43,903 nt of DNA from Planctomycetota bacterium (GTDB taxonomy: Bacteria; Planctomycetota; Planctomycetia; Pirellulales; UBA7805), in contig JABABY010000002.1 of the NCBI GenBank assembly GCA_014237955.1, positions 1-43,903 on the forward strand. Reading direction: 5' to 3'. The position numbers and the translations under genes were made by a program. Under the pieces are notes generated by a model. The model did no database searches. It was not told the DNA's origin and saw only the letters and a list, made by a program, of their open reading frames with translations. Within the stretch, counting starts at the first letter, position 1. Each line of letters opens with the position of its first letter. This document shows, piece after piece, positions 27,328 through 35,291 of the stretch.

Positions 27328-28821
27328 ATGACAAACGCTTCCAGGATTGCCGGAGTGTCCAGGGCTACTGAGAAAAACAAGATATCTCGAGTTCATCATG
27401 AGCCCAAGAGAAACGAGAAATCCAAACCAGTCGCGGAGGACAATCCGGTTCGTTTATATCTCATGCAAATGAGTACGTTTCCCATGCTCAGTCGTGCTGA
27501 GGAATTGGAAGCGGCCAAAAATATCGAAAGTTCGCGTAAAAAGTATCGTGAAGAAATGCTGGCAAATTATTACATAATCTGCGGCGCGATCAATATTCTT
27601 GAAAGTATTGGGCGAGGGACACTGAGGGTTGATAGGACACTGGACTTTTCAGCCTCAGACGCATTAAAACGCCAGCACATTGAGTGTCGTATGGGGCCCA
27701 ATCTCGAGACGCTCAAAAAACTCGTAGACGACATGCCGGCGGACTTTAACACGGCAGTGAATCGTAAAATGCACAAGCAAAAGCGCCATCACGCGTGGCG
27801 GCGGCTTTCGAGGCGCCGCACAAAGGCGATGCGACTTCTTGAGGAGTTGCAAATACGTATCGAACAGCTTGAACCATTATTTAAAAATGTAATTGATATC
27901 AGCCAGAAAATGAACCGCGCCAAGCGTCAGGTGGATAAAAATCGCGCAAAACATTATTTGGGTTCGGCATCAGAAAGTCGCGCCGAAGTCTGTAGGTTGA
28001 TGAAGTTGACCCTTGAGTCCCCCGCGACTCTCGACCGACATGTGAAGAAAATTACGCAATACCAGCAAGCGTATGTTCAAGCAAAGCGAGATTTAGTGGC
28101 AGGCAATCTTAGATTGGTGGTTTCGGTTGCAAAGAAGTACACCAACCGAGGCTTGAGCATCATGGATCTTATTCAGGAGGGAAACGCCGGCCTCCTTCGT
28201 GCCGCAGAAAAATTTGAGTACAAGCGAGGTTATAAGTTTTCAACCTATGCGGTGTGGTGGATTAAGCAGGCAATTACGCGGGCCATAGCCGACCAGAGTC
28301 GGACCATTCGAATACCAGTACACGCGATTGGGAAAATGCTGATGATTCAGGATCGTATGTCGGAATTAGTCCAACAGCTGGGTCGAGAGCCAAGCATCGA
28401 AGAGATGGCAGAGGTTACAAAACTAAATGCTAGAGATGTTCGATCACTAATAAAAATGCGACAGCCGCCGCTATCCCTCGACCATCCCAGTGGCACGCTT
28501 GACGAGGTTCGTTTTGGTGAGGCTATTCACGATACTCGAGGTGTGGATCAGATAGAGTCTCTTCACCATCACCACCTTCGGGAGCGTCTCGATAGCGTGA
28601 TGCGTGTTTTAGATGTACGTGAGCGGGAAATCTTGCGGTTACGATATGGACTGGCAGATGGAAGTACGAAAACCTTAGATGAGATCGGGAAAATATTTTC
28701 AGTATCACGAGAGCGAATTCGTCAAATTGAATGTCGGGCCATGAATAAACTGAAGGCACCGGCGCAGTCGACTTGCTTGCGAGGATTTTTGAACATCGAC
28801 CAGGTGTCAGCGACCGCATAG
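27328..28821 (+). CDS. Sigma-70 family sigma factor of RpoD type (group 1/2-like) with a roughly 200-aa insertion between regions 1.2 and 2
   Basis: 497 aa. Region 1.2 reads [21 protein letters not shown]. Regions 2.1-2.4 read [74 protein letters not shown]. Region 4.2 reads [28 protein letters not shown]. Only about 37 aa precede region 1.2, so there is no acidic region 1.1. ACGGAG lies 10 nt upstream of the ATG. Confidence 0.9.
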   Translation: MTNASRIAGVSRATEKNKISRVHHEPKRNEKSKPVAEDNPVRLYLMQMSTFPMLSRAEELEAAKNIESSRKKYREEMLANYYIICGAINILESIGRGTLRVDRTLDFSASDALKRQHIECRMGPNLETLKKLVDDMPADFNTAVNRKMHKQKRHHAWRRLSRRRTKAMRLLEELQIRIEQLEPLFKNVIDISQKMNRAKRQVDKNRAKHYLGSASESRAEVCRLMKLTLESPATLDRHVKKITQYQQAYVQAKRDLVAGNLRLVVSVAKKYTNRGLSIMDLIQEGNAGLLRAAEKFEYKRGYKFSTYAVWWIKQAITRAIADQSRTIRIPVHAIGKMLMIQDRMSELVQQLGREPSIEEMAEVTKLNARDVRSLIKMRQPPLSLDHPSGTLDEVRFGEAIHDTRGVDQIESLHHHHLRERLDSVMRVLDVREREILRLRYGLADGSTKTLDEIGKIFSVSRERIRQIECRAMNKLKAPAQSTCLRGFLNIDQVSATA

Positions 28822-28832
28822 GAGTGCCCCCG

Positions 28833-29312
28833 ATGATCTCACTCGACAACGTTTGCGATCATGACAACGACAAGTTGGGGGAGTGCTTCAAAAAGAAGGC
28901 ACATCAGTCGTGTGGAAAAATTATTTCGAAGCGACTCTTTGTGGCCGAGTCTGATCATGAACGTTTGACTTTACGGAGCCATGCTCTAGAGCATATTGGA
29001 TATGAGGTGATTGCTTGTCAGGCCATGGAAAATATTCTTCCTGCCATACATTTGATGTTCGCCCAAAAGACCAACCAGACGCTTGTTGATCTGGTGATTT
29101 GTGATGCTACACTCTTAAGCGATGCGGCAATCGAAAAGATTATTCAAACACAACGGGCCAATCGCTTTCCCCCGCTCATTTTGTTAGCCGACTCTCCTAA
29201 CTCCGAGATGCTTTCGCGGACAGCAAGATTAAAGCGTAACGCCACATTTGACAAAACATTCAATCCGCTACGGCAATTGGATGTCGTCCGCCAGCTGGCG
29301 CCTATCCTATAA
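28833..29312 (+). CDS. Single-domain receiver (CheY-like) protein, divergent
   Basis: I prefer the ATG at 28833, which is 11 nt after the sigma gene stop. The pattern is REC-like: RLFVAESD (beta1), VDLVICDATLL (beta3, with a candidate acceptor Asp), PPLILLADS (beta4) and ATFDKTF (beta5 Lys). The acidic pocket is non-canonical, so the call is tentative. Confidence 0.5.
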   Translation: MISLDNVCDHDNDKLGECFKKKAHQSCGKIISKRLFVAESDHERLTLRSHALEHIGYEVIACQAMENILPAIHLMFAQKTNQTLVDLVICDATLLSDAAIEKIIQTQRANRFPPLILLADSPNSEMLSRTARLKRNATFDKTFNPLRQLDVVRQLAPIL

Positions 29313-29329
29313 GCGGAATCGTCTTGCAG

Positions 29330-29354
29330 AACGTGGCGTTGTGTTGCATCGTTG
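29330..29354 (+). promoter_or_regulatory. ECF-type promoter-like motif GAAC-N17-CGTT upstream of the outer-membrane factor gene
   Basis: GAAC at 29330-29333 and CGTT at 29351-29354, separated by a 17-nt spacer. It lies about 285 nt upstream of the ATG at 29638. This is a motif resemblance only. Confidence 0.2.
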
Positions 29355-29637
29355 TTCCATAGTATGAGAGTCTTTAGCGGGTCCTTTAATCAGCTGCCCA
29401 GAATCGTGTAGGCAGATATCTGCGGACCATCTTGGCAGCCTTCCATTGTCCGGGCATGTGAAGATGTACGGATTAGTAAAACTGCCAAATGTATGTTGTG
29501 GATAGCAGTTGTTGCGACTCTGCCGGCCTTTGAGTGTCCGGTGGTTTTGTAGTCGCGACCGAACCGATATTGCACGCTAGAGGTCTCATGACGGTTATGC
29601 CGATTGTGCCAGTTTCTGGTTGTTTATTGGGTACTGA

Positions 29638-31371
29638 GTGCAACAAAGTGCTTCCCGTCTTCCGCGTCGGAGCCATTTATTCATGCTGGGCGATTCGTTC
29701 CGTTGTTCGTCAAGCGGACTCTTGGCCGCTCGGGCTTGGTTTGCGCATCAAGCTAGCAAGCCTGCAGGGCGGCTTGTTTTAGTCTGTCTGTGTATCACCG
29801 TCTGTGCCAGCACAACCGGCTGTACCCGCTTTGGCGGTTCGAGTCTGATGGATTGGTGGCAGAATGGGATGAAGGTAGGCCCAAACTATGGCCGGCCTGC
29901 GGCGATGGTTGCTGACGATTGGATTGAGGAAGAAAACAAACATGTTCGAAGTGACCGCCCCGAGGATGTGTACTGGTGGACCGTGATGAACGATCCGGCT
30001 CTCAACAGGCTGATCGAACTTGCCAACGAAGAAAATTTGCCGCTCAAAATAGCTGGGATGCGGGTGCTTCAAGCACAGGCTACTCGTGCCATCGCGGTAG
30101 GTCTCATCTTTCCACAGTCGCAGGGTATTTCGGGCCAATATTTGTCGGTCCTGCAGAGCAAAAATCAGGGATTGGCTTTGCCACTTCCTGTAAACGATCG
30201 ATTACCCAATAACTGGCAAAACTGGAACACGGGTTTTAACCTCTCCTGGGAACTGGATGTCTGGGGCCGTTTCCGGAGGAATCTGGAATCCGCAAATGCA
30301 AATCTGGAAATGTCGGTGGAAGATTATGATGCTGTACTGGTAGGCCTCCTGGCGGAAGTGGCAACCACCTATCTTGAATTGCGGACCTACCAACAAAGGC
30401 TTATTTATGCGCATCAGAATGTTGCAGCCCAGGAAGGATCGTTAAAAATTGCCCAGGTCCGTTTTGAGGCGGGCGAAACAGATAAGCTTGATGTGACGCA
30501 GGCCGAATCCAATCTGGGCAATACTCAGGCTATTATTCCAGAATTGGAAATAGGGGTCCGCCAGTCATCCAATGCTCTGTGTGTTTTGCTAGGAATTCCC
30601 ACGCAAAAACTGGGGGATTTAGTGCCTGATCTCCAGACGCCAATCCCCACAGCACCGACCATTGTCTCAGTAGGCTTGCCCGCCGATTTGATTCGTCGGC
30701 GTCCTGATATCCGCGCCATTGAGCGTGCTGCTGCTATAGCAAGTGCACGCATTGGTGTTGTCGCATCGGAGCTTTATCCGAGTTTTTCCATCAACGGCAC
30801 GATTGGAACTTCGGCGCGTAATTTCGATAGGCTCTTCCAGGGTGATAGTACCAGTGGGATTATGAATCCCAGCTTCAGTTGGAAGATCCTGAATTATGGC
30901 CGCCTCATGAATGAAATTGCCATCCAGGATGCAGTATTCCAACAGCGTGCGATTGAATATCAAGAAAGAATTTTGGTGGCAAACAAAGAAGTCGAAGATT
31001 CGTTGATCAGCTATATCAAGACACAAAAACAGGTGAAATATTTAAATGAAAGTGTGGCGGCTTTAAAGGAATCTGTGCGATTGGCAGAACTCAAATACAA
31101 AGCTGGCGAAATCGATTTCAATAGGGTGTTTCTCTTGCAGAGCGATCTTACTAAGGCCCAAGACCAGTTAGCCCAGAGCCAGGGGAACGTGGTAATGAGC
31201 CTAATTGGTATTTATCGAGCGCTAGGGACGGGTTGGCAAATTCGCCTTGGAAACCAATCGTCCGCAGTTGCCGATCAAACGGCAACGCTCGAACAGATAC
31301 CACGTGTGGCGAGTCCGGCACCTTTTAGGAAGGTTGCCTCACAGTCGATCCGGAGATTGCCGTCGCCGTGA
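29638..31371 (+). CDS. Efflux outer-membrane factor lipoprotein (NodT/OprM family)
   Basis: 577 aa. A lipobox-like VCASTTGC follows a hydrophobic stretch. The N-terminal half reads GPNYGRP ... DPALNRLIE, and the two-repeat OEP architecture includes FPQSQGISG, WELDVWGRFRR and the second-half YPSFSINGTIG. The exact start is uncertain, with an alternative ATG at 29683. Confidence 0.85.
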   Translation: MQQSASRLPRRSHLFMLGDSFRCSSSGLLAARAWFAHQASKPAGRLVLVCLCITVCASTTGCTRFGGSSLMDWWQNGMKVGPNYGRPAAMVADDWIEEENKHVRSDRPEDVYWWTVMNDPALNRLIELANEENLPLKIAGMRVLQAQATRAIAVGLIFPQSQGISGQYLSVLQSKNQGLALPLPVNDRLPNNWQNWNTGFNLSWELDVWGRFRRNLESANANLEMSVEDYDAVLVGLLAEVATTYLELRTYQQRLIYAHQNVAAQEGSLKIAQVRFEAGETDKLDVTQAESNLGNTQAIIPELEIGVRQSSNALCVLLGIPTQKLGDLVPDLQTPIPTAPTIVSVGLPADLIRRRPDIRAIERAAAIASARIGVVASELYPSFSINGTIGTSARNFDRLFQGDSTSGIMNPSFSWKILNYGRLMNEIAIQDAVFQQRAIEYQERILVANKEVEDSLISYIKTQKQVKYLNESVAALKESVRLAELKYKAGEIDFNRVFLLQSDLTKAQDQLAQSQGNVVMSLIGIYRALGTGWQIRLGNQSSAVADQTATLEQIPRVASPAPFRKVASQSIRRLPSP

Positions 31372-31420
31372 TCGCCAAGTATCCCATACTTGAGCATAGT
31401 ATGAGAGATCCGCACCACGT

Positions 31421-31450
31421 GTGCGTCATGGCAAAATTACCATGACGCAC
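31421..31450. terminator. Bidirectional hairpin terminator between the convergent OMF and hdeD-like genes
   Basis: Perfect 11-bp stem, GTGCGTCATGG (31421-31431) and CCATGACGCAC (31440-31450), with an 8-nt loop. AGATTTTCTT follows on the plus strand. It sits 50 nt after the OMF stop and 29 nt after the hdeD-like stop. Confidence 0.6.
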
Positions 31451-31478
31451 AGATTTTCTTGCAGCGAGAATCAACGCT

Positions 31479-32057
31479 TTATGCTTCGGAGCGATCCTTC
31501 AGTTCGTTACCGAGCATCACCCAATACCAACCGTTGAAAATCATTTCGATACCGATGTAGAGCCCAATAATCATGGCCCCTGTGTACGGCCAGCCTTTAT
31601 AAATCAGAACCCCTAAAAGCAATGCAATGATGCCGCTCAGAAGCGCCCAGCCCCAGCCAGCAAATTGCATAGATAGGGCCGCTATGATACGAATAATCCC
31701 ACCAACAATAAAGAAAGCAGCCAATAGCGCACTAAGGACGAGGACCGCTTCTTGATGATCGTCCACCATGAATAAACCGACGACAACATAAATGATGCCG
31801 ATAAGAAGATTGAGAAGGAACCCATTCCATTTGCCGGCCCAAAAGGCATTGATGATCTGGGCAATACCACCGGCAAGGATTAAGATTCCAAAGAGCACCA
31901 CGGCTGCCTGAGAGGCAAAGAAACAATAGATTACCGCAATGACCCCAAGGATGATAAGTACCAGCCCTAGGGTGGTAAACCACTTCCAGTCATCCTGCAG
32001 GTGCTCAAGTTCGTGAGTATCTTTCACATTTGTTCTCGCCGGTGCGCGCTTAGCCAT
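31479..32057 (-). CDS. HdeD-family (DUF308) membrane protein
   Basis: 192 aa with six evenly spaced hydrophobic helices. The repeat character (GLVLIILGVIAVIY ... GWALLSGIIALLLGVLIY) is typical of HdeD/DUF308. Confidence 0.78.
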   Translation of the reverse strand: MAKRAPARTNVKDTHELEHLQDDWKWFTTLGLVLIILGVIAVIYCFFASQAAVVLFGILILAGGIAQIINAFWAGKWNGFLLNLLIGIIYVVVGLFMVDDHQEAVLVLSALLAAFFIVGGIIRIIAALSMQFAGWGWALLSGIIALLLGVLIYKGWPYTGAMIIGLYIGIEMIFNGWYWVMLGNELKDRSEA

Positions 32058-32569
32058 GTCTTAATCTCCTCGTCATTGTCGATAGGGATACGTTCTTTCC
32101 ATTTGATCTTTTTTGCAAAGCGACATACGGGTGCTCCGTATCATGAAATCGCTCAGAAGCTGTGAGAGACCGGTGTGGCAGTCTCAGTTTCTATCCTGAT
32201 TGGGCAATTGCTGAAAAGCAATGGTCTCCTGCCTTTGTGGCAAAAAGAACACAAGTCATTCGGTATTCGTGTTTTATAGCCCCTTGCAGCTTGGATCGAT
32301 CGAGCAAGAAAATTGGTTCCCGAACTCTTTTTTGCGATCTGCCCAACAGCGACTGAGAAGAAGTTTCCAATGGGATTTCTTCTGATTTTCGATGGACAGG
32401 ACAAACGGGGCCGAATTTTAGCCTCAGCGAGACATCGAAATGCCCTGGGCTTGCGGATGACTATGATCGGGTGAATGTTTTGTCTAGAATTTTATACGCC
32501 TCCTAGGCAAAGCGAAACCGCGCAGTTGTCAGCTCGGAGCGTGGCGGCAGCCACCCGAATTTTGCAGAA

Positions 32570-33682
32570 ATGGGTTATATCGTGCAGCAAGCCAGTGCTA
32601 CGGGGCCATCCCGTGCCTTGAGAACTCTCTACTCTGCCGCTGCTTTTGTCATTGTCGTGGCGGGCATACGGGTCGCCGCACCGCTATTGGTACCCCTGCT
32701 CTTGTCTATCTTCATTGCCATTGTTTGCGCTCCGATACTCACCTGGCTTAAGTCAAAGCGTGTGCCGGTAGTGCTGGCTCTTGCGATTGTTATTGTTGGT
32801 CTAACGCTCATCGCCTTGGGTTTCATCGTTTTGATGGGTTCGTCGATTAACAGCTTCTCCCAAAATTTGCCAGGTTACGAAGCGAGTCTTAAGAAGACTG
32901 TGGACAGCGTGTTTAAATGGCTCGATCAATACAAATCGCTTCAGGGGTTGGAGCAATTTTCAGGGCAGGATTTTGTGACATCCATCCGGCAGTCTCTTGA
33001 TGTCGGTGCCGCAGTACAATTTGCTGGAGGGATGGTGAGCAGCCTGGGGGGTGCCTTTGGCAGTGCGTTTATGGTCGCCCTCACCGTAGTTTTTATTCTT
33101 TTGGAAGCAGCAGGATTTCCGTCCAAATTGGCCGCACTGTCCGGGGGCTCACAAAACACTCGGCAGCAGTTTAGTCGTATCGTTGCCGACGTAAGACATT
33201 ACCTTGTGTTGAAGACCATCATGTGTTTTGCAACGGGATTGCTGACAGGATTGTTTCTTTTTTTTATGGGGCTGGACTACCCATTTCTCTGGGGAACCCT
33301 GGCCTTTCTATTAAATTTTATACCAAATATCGGTTCCTTTATTGCCGCGATCCCCGCAGTGATTCTGGCGCTCGTTCAATTAGGCTGGCAGGGGGCTGGC
33401 TGGATTATTGTGGGCTACGTTGTCATCAATATGCTTATCGGTAACGTCATAGAGCCACGAGTCTTTGGTCGGGGACTGGGTCTTTCGCCGCTCGTAATCT
33501 TTGTGGGATTGGTCCTTTGGGGATGGATTCTCGGACCTGTTGGGATGGTTCTCTCGGCCCCTTTGACGATGGTGGTGAAAATTACACTAGAAAGCCAACC
33601 CGACGCGCACTGGATTGTGGTCCTGCTTAGTTCCGATGCGAGCGTTGCTACGCCAGCGGTATCCTCCAATACAACGCATTAA
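32570..33682 (+). CDS. AI-2E family transporter (PerM/UPF0118)
   Basis: 370 aa, polytopic. It carries the family motif LNFIPNIGSFIAAIPAVILAL followed by VIEPRVFGRGLGLSPLVIF. Confidence 0.88.
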   Translation: MGYIVQQASATGPSRALRTLYSAAAFVIVVAGIRVAAPLLVPLLLSIFIAIVCAPILTWLKSKRVPVVLALAIVIVGLTLIALGFIVLMGSSINSFSQNLPGYEASLKKTVDSVFKWLDQYKSLQGLEQFSGQDFVTSIRQSLDVGAAVQFAGGMVSSLGGAFGSAFMVALTVVFILLEAAGFPSKLAALSGGSQNTRQQFSRIVADVRHYLVLKTIMCFATGLLTGLFLFFMGLDYPFLWGTLAFLLNFIPNIGSFIAAIPAVILALVQLGWQGAGWIIVGYVVINMLIGNVIEPRVFGRGLGLSPLVIFVGLVLWGWILGPVGMVLSAPLTMVVKITLESQPDAHWIVVLLSSDASVATPAVSSNTTH

Positions 33683-33784
33683 GCTGAGACGGATTACAGG
33701 TGTTTTGTTCCGCAAGGCGAATAGACGCCCAATCTACGTTAGCCAAGTCTCGTCGGTTGAGCGCGACTCCCGAATGATCAAAAA

Positions 33785-34144
33785 TCATTCTGCACTGTCA
33801 GGAGTATCCAGATCACTATCTCCTGCTGGTGACGGCTCCACAATGCGACCACCAGGGCGAACCATAACCAACTTTACCTGGTTGATATAGAGATAGTACG
33901 TCATGCCCTCTTCGCTATATACCAAGTAGTTGGGGCCAATGGCCTCGACCTTTTTTATACCCCCCCAGTCTGAGATGACGCAGCCGGTCGCTTCCCACTG
34001 AACATTGATCAGTTGCCCGATTGTCAGGGCAGAAAACATCGGGTGGTCGGGGTTAACTGCACGGAAGTTTTGTCCGCCCATCGCAACACATAAGCCTCCA
34101 ACAACAAGCGACAATGCCAATAAAGTTGTAAAAATACGTGACAT
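33785..34144 (-). CDS. Small secreted hypothetical protein
   Basis: I prefer the ATG at 34144 (MSRIFTTLLALSLVVGGLCVAMGG, a signal peptide) with AAGGA upstream, rather than the ORF-track start at 34222. 119 aa; I recognised no family. Confidence 0.55.
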   Translation of the reverse strand: MSRIFTTLLALSLVVGGLCVAMGGQNFRAVNPDHPMFSALTIGQLINVQWEATGCVISDWGGIKKVEAIGPNYLVYSEEGMTYYLYINQVKLVMVRPGGRIVEPSPAGDSDLDTPDSAE

Positions 34145-34516
34145 GGTAGATTCCTTTAAGTTAGATGGACAAGAGTATTGTACCGGACAATGGACACGAT
34201 GATGATTTTGAAAAAGAATCACCTCCCCGATTGTGTTTCATTGGTATGGAATAATTTTATAGAGCGACTACAATATCCCATTCTGTGAAAGTGAAGACCG
34301 ACTTGCTAGCCAACTGTGGATTCATTTCCCGGCCCGCCATCACTACTCTTTAGTTGAAGATTCGCTTTCTGAAGCAGATTAGGGATAAAGTATGGTAGTT
34401 GCGTACCAGACTCGATGAACAACTCAAGTGATTCAAAAATGGTATTGCCCATTATTATCGCTATTTTGTAAAGCTCGCACCCCGTTACTGGGTGTTCGTT
34501 TGAAAGCAGGAATCGA

Positions 34517-34714
34517 ATGGGCAACACAGGTCCCAGAAACTGTACCGCTCCAGAATTGGCCAAGTACGGTATTGATCTGGTGGATTTTGTTCGTGTGAAG
34601 TTGCAGTGTCAGCAATGTGCGCAAGTGTGGGCTCCGGACCACGATCGAGGACAGCTTGTTCACCACTACTGGCATTGCCCCAATCGGTGCAATCATACGT
34701 TTTCCGAAGGTTAA
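34517..34714 (+). CDS. Possible small zinc-ribbon-like protein (65 aa)
   Basis: AGGA lies 8 nt upstream of the ATG. It has a CxxC ... CPxxC arrangement (LQCQQCAQVW ... WHCPNRCN). It sits in an otherwise gene-free AT-richer gap, with competing ORFs on both strands. Confidence 0.3.
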   Translation: MGNTGPRNCTAPELAKYGIDLVDFVRVKLQCQQCAQVWAPDHDRGQLVHHYWHCPNRCNHTFSEG

Positions 34715-35291
34715 ATGTATCCTTCGGGCAGTCGAGACAACCGGTTTGATTGCTTGCCCGAGATGTCTCCGTTGTAGCCTTCAAAACAGAGCCTTCCGAA
34801 ATCAATCCACGGCCTTTTCTCGAAGGGCTAGAAAGTGGGATGTGGCAGCGAGAGAAGAGTCGTTTCTATCCTGAGCTTTTGGGGTGAAGGGTGCTCGTTT
34901 CCCGATTGTGCCGGGCGTTCTTTATCCCGAGGTATGTCCTATAGATCTGATGGCGGATCGCCTCAATGTCGCATTCTGAAATGTACCTGTATGCAATCAG
35001 TAGTTCAGATAATCCAAAAATAACGACTTTGAGTACGTTTTTTGACTTTTTGTCAGGTAAATCCGGCAAATTATCCGGCCCAGCCAATTTTTGCGAGTTA
35101 TTGTAGTAATAACTGGTATCCCGCCCTAGAATAAGTAGCGGGTGACCAGTCTGGTTGCGCAAGGTCTACAGCGGGCTGTTGCGATAAACCAGAAGCGGAG
35201 CAAGGCGTTTTACGTGCTGGCTAGTGTTTCGGAACAGAATCGCATCCCGGCACGTGGGTTTCTTTCAAATAATACTGGTCGGAGTCCTGCC

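Noticed and set aside
29358-31407. Identical 13-mer CATAGTATGAGAG at 29358-29370 and 31395-31407, flanking the outer-membrane factor gene. It could be a direct repeat, a target-site duplication, or a shared operator.
   Set aside because: About 14 identical 13-mer pairs are expected by chance on one strand in a 44-kb window with equal base frequencies. There is no extended similarity beyond the 13 nt, no inverted terminal repeats and no mobility gene. I noted it only because both copies are intergenic.
34866-35162. 98-aa minus-strand ORF (MRNQTGHPLLILGRD...) divergent from the vWA gene.
   Set aside because: I found no SD, no recognisable family, and atypical composition. It could be a remnant or a real small gene, but I cannot support a call from sequence alone.
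35142-35291. N-terminal extensions offered by the ORF track: 35142 for the vWA gene, 14062 for subunit C, 20749 for the HAD gene, 28773 for the receiver, 34222 for the small secreted protein, and 1409 for the Cys-rich gene.
   Set aside because: In each case an internal ATG sits behind a better SD. It also begins a signal peptide or the conserved family N-terminus, or removes an overlap with the neighbouring gene.
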